DNA from: Escherichia coli
Lineage (GTDB): Bacteria > Pseudomonadota > Gammaproteobacteria > Enterobacterales > Enterobacteriaceae
Length of the DNA: 7,641 nucleotides
Assembly (NCBI RefSeq): GCF_003334255.1
Contig: NZ_QOWU01000095.1
Direction: 5' to 3' (one strand)
Shown here: one piece after another, positions 4,456-7,641 of the stretch
How positions within the stretch are numbered: position 1 is the stretch's first letter
Layout: each line of letters starts with the position of its first letter
Notes under the pieces: generated by a model
The model's database searches: none
What the model was told of the DNA's origin: nothing
Seen by the model: the letters and a program-made list of their open reading frames with translations, nothing else
Position numbers and translations under genes: made by a program

Positions 4456-4584
4456 ATGGATTTTGACACAATCATGGAAAAGGCTTACGAAGAATACTTC
4501 GAAGGCCTTGCCGAAGGCGAAGAAGCTCACAGCTTCAACGAATTTAAACAGGCGCTTTCCAGTTCGGCAAAATCTAACGGCTGA
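4456..4584 (+). CDS. ydfB: YdfB small prophage protein, 42 aa
   Basis: Hand translation gives MDFDTIMEKAYEEYFEGLAEGEEAHSFNEFKQALSSSAKSNG*. AGGTGA lies 5 nt upstream. The ORF starts 1 nt after the ydfA stop. It is too short for the ORF track, and I recognise it as Qin YdfB. Confidence 0.8.
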   Translation: MDFDTIMEKAYEEYFEGLAEGEEAHSFNEFKQALSSSAKSNG

Positions 4585-4613
4585 TAAGCGAAACAGCACC
4601 GCGAGGAATCAGT

Positions 4614-4832
4614 ATGCAGAAACGAGAACCCGTCATCATCGCGCCAGACTATACCGATGATGAACTTTATGAGTGGATGCGCCAGAAAATTAATGCAGCG
4701 CAGGATCTGAAATGGGCTAATGAAGCCAGAGCTAAGCAGGCTGAAAATCTGTCCGCTCTGGAGCAGGATATCACCAGGCTGGAAAAAGCAGCGGCATTAA
4801 GCATTGCCAGAATGATTACATACCCGCGTTAA
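4614..4832 (+). CDS. ydfC: YdfC prophage protein, 72 aa
   Basis: This is track ORF MQKREPVIIAPDYTDDELYEWMRQKINAAQDLKWANEARAKQAENLSALEQDITRLEKAAALSIARMITYPR. GAGGA lies 6 nt upstream. I recognise it as Qin YdfC. Confidence 0.85.
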   Translation: MQKREPVIIAPDYTDDELYEWMRQKINAAQDLKWANEARAKQAENLSALEQDITRLEKAAALSIARMITYPR

Positions 4833-5172
4833 TAGATAACCAACGAAGCTAAGGTTGGTAATTAAGGAGTTCTCCACGGGTGAGGTGGAGTGCGTGCGCC
4901 GGACACGGGTGAGCATCCGGCACTGACAGTTTACTGAAAGGATATTTCCCTGAAAAGTCAGACCATAACGCGAAAGCGCACGGCGAGGTAGCTGGTTCAT
5001 AGATAGCCTGTCGTTAAATTTTCGTCGACCGTGCGCTTCCGGTTGTGGCAACCCGCGAAATGGCGCGGCGGTAAGTATGGCGGGGTTATTCCTTCCCCGT
5101 TGAGGACACCGGGTTGTCAGGTTGACCATACGCTTAAGTGACAACCCCGCTGCAACGCCCTCTGTTATCAAT
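4833..5172 (+). other. structured non-coding spacer of the dicB-operon transcript (DicF precursor leader)
   Basis: There is no credible ORF on either strand. The region is GC-rich relative to its flanks and contains at least 9 local stem-loops, including the 9-bp stem GGGTTGTCA/TGACAACCC (5111-5119/5139-5147). Confidence 0.5.
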
Positions 5173-5225
5173 TTTCTGGTGACGTTTGGCGGTATCAGTT
5201 TTACTCCGTGACTGCTCTGCCGCCC
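5173..5225 (+). ncRNA. dicF: DicF small regulatory RNA (53 nt; antisense regulator of ftsZ and other mRNAs)
   Basis: TTTCTGGTGACGTTTGGCGGTATCAGTTTTACTCCGTGACTGCTCTGCCGCCC matches, as far as I can recall, the K-12 DicF sequence base for base. It has the correct context, between ydfC and dicB, and is followed by TTTTT. Confidence 0.9.
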
Positions 5226-5230
5226 TTTTT
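5188..5230 (+). terminator. DicF intrinsic terminator
   Basis: GGCGG (5188-5192) pairs with CCGCC (5220-5224), and an inner CAG/CTG pair is possible. The stem is followed by the T5 run at 5226-5230. Confidence 0.7.
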
Positions 5231-5238
5231 AAAGTGAA

Positions 5239-5378
5239 TTTTGTGATGCGGTGAATGCGGCTAAGCGCACGCGGAACAGTTAAAACCAAAAACAGTGTTA
5301 TGGGTGGATTCTCTGTATCCGGCGTTAATTGTTAACTGGTTAACGTCACCTGGAGGCACCAGGCACCGCATCACAAAA
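5239..5378 (+). promoter_or_regulatory. long-range perfect 15-bp RNA duplex between dicF and dicB (candidate RNase III processing stem)
   Basis: TTTTGTGATGCGGTG (5239-5253) is the exact reverse complement of CACCGCATCACAAAA (5364-5378). The pairing extends imperfectly to about 5233/5384. The stem encloses 110 nt and ends 10 nt before the dicB SD. Confidence 0.6.
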
Positions 5379-5399
5379 CTCATTGTTGAGGGCGCGATA

Positions 5400-5588
5400 A
5401 TGAAAACGTTATTACCAAACGTTAATACGTCTGAAGGTTGTTTTGAAATTGGTGTCACTATCAGTAATCCTGTATTTACTGAAGATGCCATTAACAAAAG
5501 AAAACACGAACGGGAGTTATTAAATAAAGTATGCATTGTTTCAATGCTGGCCCGTTTACGTCTGATGCCAAAAGGATGTGCACAATGA
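5400..5588 (+). CDS. dicB: DicB cell-division inhibitor (MinC-dependent FtsZ-ring inhibitor), 62 aa
   Basis: MKTLLPNVNTSEGCFEIGVTISNPVFTEDAINKRKHERELLNKVCIVSMLARLRLMPKGCAQ is recognised as DicB. GAGGG lies 7 nt upstream of the ATG at 5400. The track ORF 5295..5588 has a spurious 35-codon extension that lies inside the RNA stem region. Confidence 0.92.
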   Translation: MKTLLPNVNTSEGCFEIGVTISNPVFTEDAINKRKHERELLNKVCIVSMLARLRLMPKGCAQ

Positions 5589-5776
5589 ATCCAGTATTTG
5601 CACTTATTCTGACGGTTTTTCTTGTTTCCGGAGAGCCAGTTGATATTGCAGTCAGTGTTCACAGAACAATGCAGGAATGTATGGCAGCAGCAACCGAACA
5701 GAAAATTCCAGGCAACTGTTATCCGGTCGATAAAGTTATTCACCAGGATAATAACGAAATCCCGGCAGGATTTTAA
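5585..5776 (+). CDS. ydfD: YdfD small membrane/lysis protein, 63 aa
   Basis: MNPVFALILTVFLVSGEPVDIAVSVHRTMQECMAAATEQKIPGNCYPVDKVIHQDNNEIPAGF is recognised as Qin YdfD. The ATG overlaps the dicB stop (ATGA), and AAGGA lies 8 nt upstream. The N-terminus is hydrophobic. The track ORF 5531..5776 starts too early. Confidence 0.85.
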   Translation: MNPVFALILTVFLVSGEPVDIAVSVHRTMQECMAAATEQKIPGNCYPVDKVIHQDNNEIPAGF

Positions 5777-5869
5777 AACAGCACCGTAATAAATATCCAG
5801 TTTCATTCTTATATGTCAGCAATGGCAGAGATTTGTTCACCCTTAAATCTGTGATGAGGTTTACCAATA

Positions 5870-7641
5870 ATGAGCACTGATAAAGAAGAATTTGCACTAT
5901 ATTGCGAAGCAAAAAATGACAAAGTAAGAAAACGCCTAGGAATTAAAGGTGGTTTTTACTGGACTACAGCAAAAAAATTATCTGTTGCAATCTCCCGCTG
6001 CATTACCGCAATGGATGACAACGATTATGATGAAGACGACTTTAAAAAACCCGTCCGCGTCAATTTGCCCGTTGTTGACGACCTTCCGCCAGAAGGCGTG
6101 TTTGATACTGAATTCTGCAACCGCTATGAAAAAGGCGGGAAAGATGGCATCACAATGACATTTATCGGCCCTTCCCCCTCTGTTCAGGACAAACCAGCCA
6201 GCACTGACAATACCAACATCAACGGCGAAGCCATGACTGAGATTGAGGAGAGCATGCTTCTGCCTGTCTCCGGTCAGGAACTGCCCATTCGTTGGCTTGC
6301 TCAACACGGCAGCGAAAAACCAGTAACGCACGTTTCACGCGACGAACTCCAGGCATTACACATTGCACGGGCTGAAGAACTACCGGCTGTTACTGCCCTG
6401 GCTATTTCGCATAAAACCAGTCTGCTCGACTCGCTGGAGATTCGCGACCTCCACAAACTGGTTCGTGACACTGACAAAGTTTTCCCTAATCCTGGTAATT
6501 CAGACCTGGGACTAATAACTGCTTTTTTCGAAGCATACCTAGACGCTGACTACACTGATCGGGGTCTGCTGACAAAAGAGTGGATGAAAGGAAATCGTGT
6601 TTCACGCATCACCCGCACGGCTTCCGGTGCTAATGCTGGCGGTGGGAACAAAACCGATCGCAATCCGAATTTAGTACACACCCTCGACACACTGGATGTG
6701 GAGATTGCAGCAGCCACACTTCCGATGGATTTTAATATTTATGAAATTCCGGGCAGCGTTTATCGTCGCGCAAAAGAAGTAGTCCTGAACAAAGAAAGTC
6801 CGTTCAAAGAATGGTCCGCAGCACTTCGTGCAACCCCGGGTATTCTGGACTATTCCCGCGCCGCTATTTTTGCACTTATCCGAAGCGCACACCCTGAATT
6901 TTATCACTACCCGGGACGCCTTCAGGGGTATATCAACGCCTATTTGACGGAAACTGATCACGAGAACCCCAGCAAGGAAACTCTCACAGCTGCCCGGCAT
7001 ACGCCGGAAAAAGATATCCTGGAAGAAATTAACCGCGAGGTGGTTACTGAGCGTGAAACAGAAGAAGAAAAACCACAACCATCTGACGCAATGGCAGGTG
7101 AACAGGCAACAACTGAAACAATGGAACCGGATACAACTGAACATGGCCAGAACGCGCAGTCGCTGGATGCTCAGTCGCAGGTGAGTTCCGCTAACCAAGT
7201 AAAAGTCACCGCTGACGAAGTAAACAAAATTATGCAGGCAGCCAATATCAGCCAGCCTGACGCCGATAAGTTGCTTGCTGCATCACGTGGTGAATTTGTT
7301 GAAGGGATTAGTGACCCGAATGATCCGAAATGGGTTAAGGGGCTCCAGACCCGCGATTCTGTGAACCAGAACCAGCATGAATCGGAACGGAACTACCAAA
7401 AAGCGGAACAAAACAGTCCAAATGCGTTACAAAACGAGCCAGAAACGAAACAGCCTGAACCAGTAGCGCAACAGGAAGTGGAAAAAGTCTGCACCGCCTG
7501 CGGTCAGACCGGCGGCGGCAACTGCCCTGATTGTGGCGCGGTGATGGGCGACGCAACATACCAAGAAACATTCGATGAAGAGTATCAGGTTGAAGTTCAG
7601 GAAGATGATCCGGAGGAAATGGAAGGCGCTGAACATCCACA
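5870..7641 (+). CDS. recE: RecE-family exodeoxyribonuclease VIII (YdfE-like), N-terminal 590 codons; 3' end beyond window
   Basis: I translated the frame by hand from the ATG at 5870 to the window end and found no stop: [24 protein letters not shown]...[56 protein letters not shown]...[24 protein letters not shown]...[31 protein letters not shown]...EEMEGAEHP. Long blocks match my recollection of Rac RecE. The ORF is absent from the track because it is open-ended. Confidence 0.9.
   Translation, partial: MSTDKEEFALYCEAKNDKVRKRLGIKGGFYWTTAKKLSVAISRCITAMDDNDYDEDDFKKPVRVNLPVVDDLPPEGVFDTEFCNRYEKGGKDGITMTFIGPSPSVQDKPASTDNTNINGEAMTEIEESMLLPVSGQELPIRWLAQHGSEKPVTHVSRDELQALHIARAEELPAVTALAISHKTSLLDSLEIRDLHKLVRDTDKVFPNPGNSDLGLITAFFEAYLDADYTDRGLLTKEWMKGNRVSRITRTASGANAGGGNKTDRNPNLVHTLDTLDVEIAAATLPMDFNIYEIPGSVYRRAKEVVLNKESPFKEWSAALRATPGILDYSRAAIFALIRSAHPEFYHYPGRLQGYINAYLTETDHENPSKETLTAARHTPEKDILEEINREVVTERETEEEKPQPSDAMAGEQATTETMEPDTTEHGQNAQSLDAQSQVSSANQVKVTADEVNKIMQAANISQPDADKLLAASRGEFVEGISDPNDPKWVKGLQTRDSVNQNQHESERNYQKAEQNSPNALQNEPETKQPEPVAQQEVEKVCTACGQTGGGNCPDCGAVMGDATYQETFDEEYQVEVQEDDPEEMEGAEHP

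Noticed and set aside
3664-4660. Track ORFs 3664..3924(-), 4244..4471(-), 4402..4599(-), 4451..4660(+)
   Set aside because: They are antisense or out of frame relative to the repressor gene and ydfA/ydfB/ydfC, which are recognised and carry good RBSs.
4976-5036. tRNA-like or other small RNA gene closed by the 8-bp stem GCGCACGG/CCGTGCGC
   Set aside because: The 61-nt span is too short for a tRNA. I could not identify a cloverleaf, T-loop (GTTCRA) or anticodon arm. It is treated as part of the structured spacer.
4797-5171. 124-aa minus-strand ORF across the ydfC-dicF spacer
   Set aside because: It starts with TTG and has no SD. The product is Arg/Pro-rich, typical of the reverse frame of GC-rich structured RNA. 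It would collide with the dicB-operon transcript.
5295-5399. N-terminal extension of dicB (97-aa version); likewise 4218-4298 for ydfA, 5531-5584 for ydfD, 3051-3122 for ydaT, 3277-3324 for the Cro-like gene and 2554-2559 for the initiator
   Set aside because: The internal ATGs have properly spaced SD sequences and give the lengths I recall for the known proteins. The extensions have no RBS and run through regulatory or structured DNA.
5261-5806. 181-aa minus-strand ORF
   Set aside because: It is antisense to the recognised dicB and ydfD genes and to the RNA stem region. Its composition is Cys/Asn/Phe-rich and atypical, and I found no SD.
5949-7640. Track ORFs 5949..6158(+), 5978..6331(-), 6671..7198(-), 7335..7640(-), 7427..7636(-)
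   Set aside because: All lie inside the 590-codon RecE-family frame, either antisense or out of frame. Their products are Cys/Phe/Arg-rich nonsense with no RBS. They are shadows of a long real gene that the track omitted.

Overview
This window is the early/immunity region of an enterobacterial lambdoid prophage of the Qin / CP-933P type; the sequence looks like E. coli or Shigella. A divergent operator region lies at about 3277-3367. Leftward (minus strand) from it run a Cro/DicC/YdaS-family HTH gene (3276-3034), a YdaT-family CII analogue (3050-2625), and a replication initiator with an iteron origin embedded in its coding sequence (2553-1483). These are followed by a 123-aa and a 118-aa protein of unknown function and three tiny, translationally coupled ORFs that run off the left edge. 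Rightward (plus strand) come a CI/LexA-like HTH + S24 peptidase repressor (3368-4006) and a sigma70 promoter (4091-4119). That promoter precedes ydfA-ydfB-ydfC, a ~340-nt structured non-coding spacer, the DicF sRNA (5173-5225), dicB and ydfD. Last is a long RecE-family (exodeoxyribonuclease VIII / YdfE-like) ORF that starts at 5870 and runs off the right edge. The supplied ORF track omits this ORF because it has no stop in the window, and every track ORF between 5949 and 7640 is a shadow of it. Several real genes are also below the track's size cutoff (ydfB, a 58-aa ORF) or are listed with spurious N-terminal extensions. I found no rRNA, tRNA, CRISPR, transposase or recognisable multi-gene defence system, and nothing convinces me that a wholly new system is present. 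The most checkable non-obvious signals are: (1) helically phased CGTGAC iterons plus a 13-mer-like AT-rich repeat inside the replication gene; (2) a lambda-like tripartite operator with 23-bp periodicity and an apparently leaderless repressor gene; (3) a PRE-like YdaT half-site/promoter at the ydaT start; (4) the hairpin-dense spacer and a 15-bp perfect long-range duplex flanking dicF; (5) an Ala-Ala instead of Ala-Gly at the predicted repressor self-cleavage site; (6) very acidic mini-proteins with a hairpin-bridged Shine-Dalgarno. All homology statements rest on my recollection of K-12/lambda sequences, not on a search.
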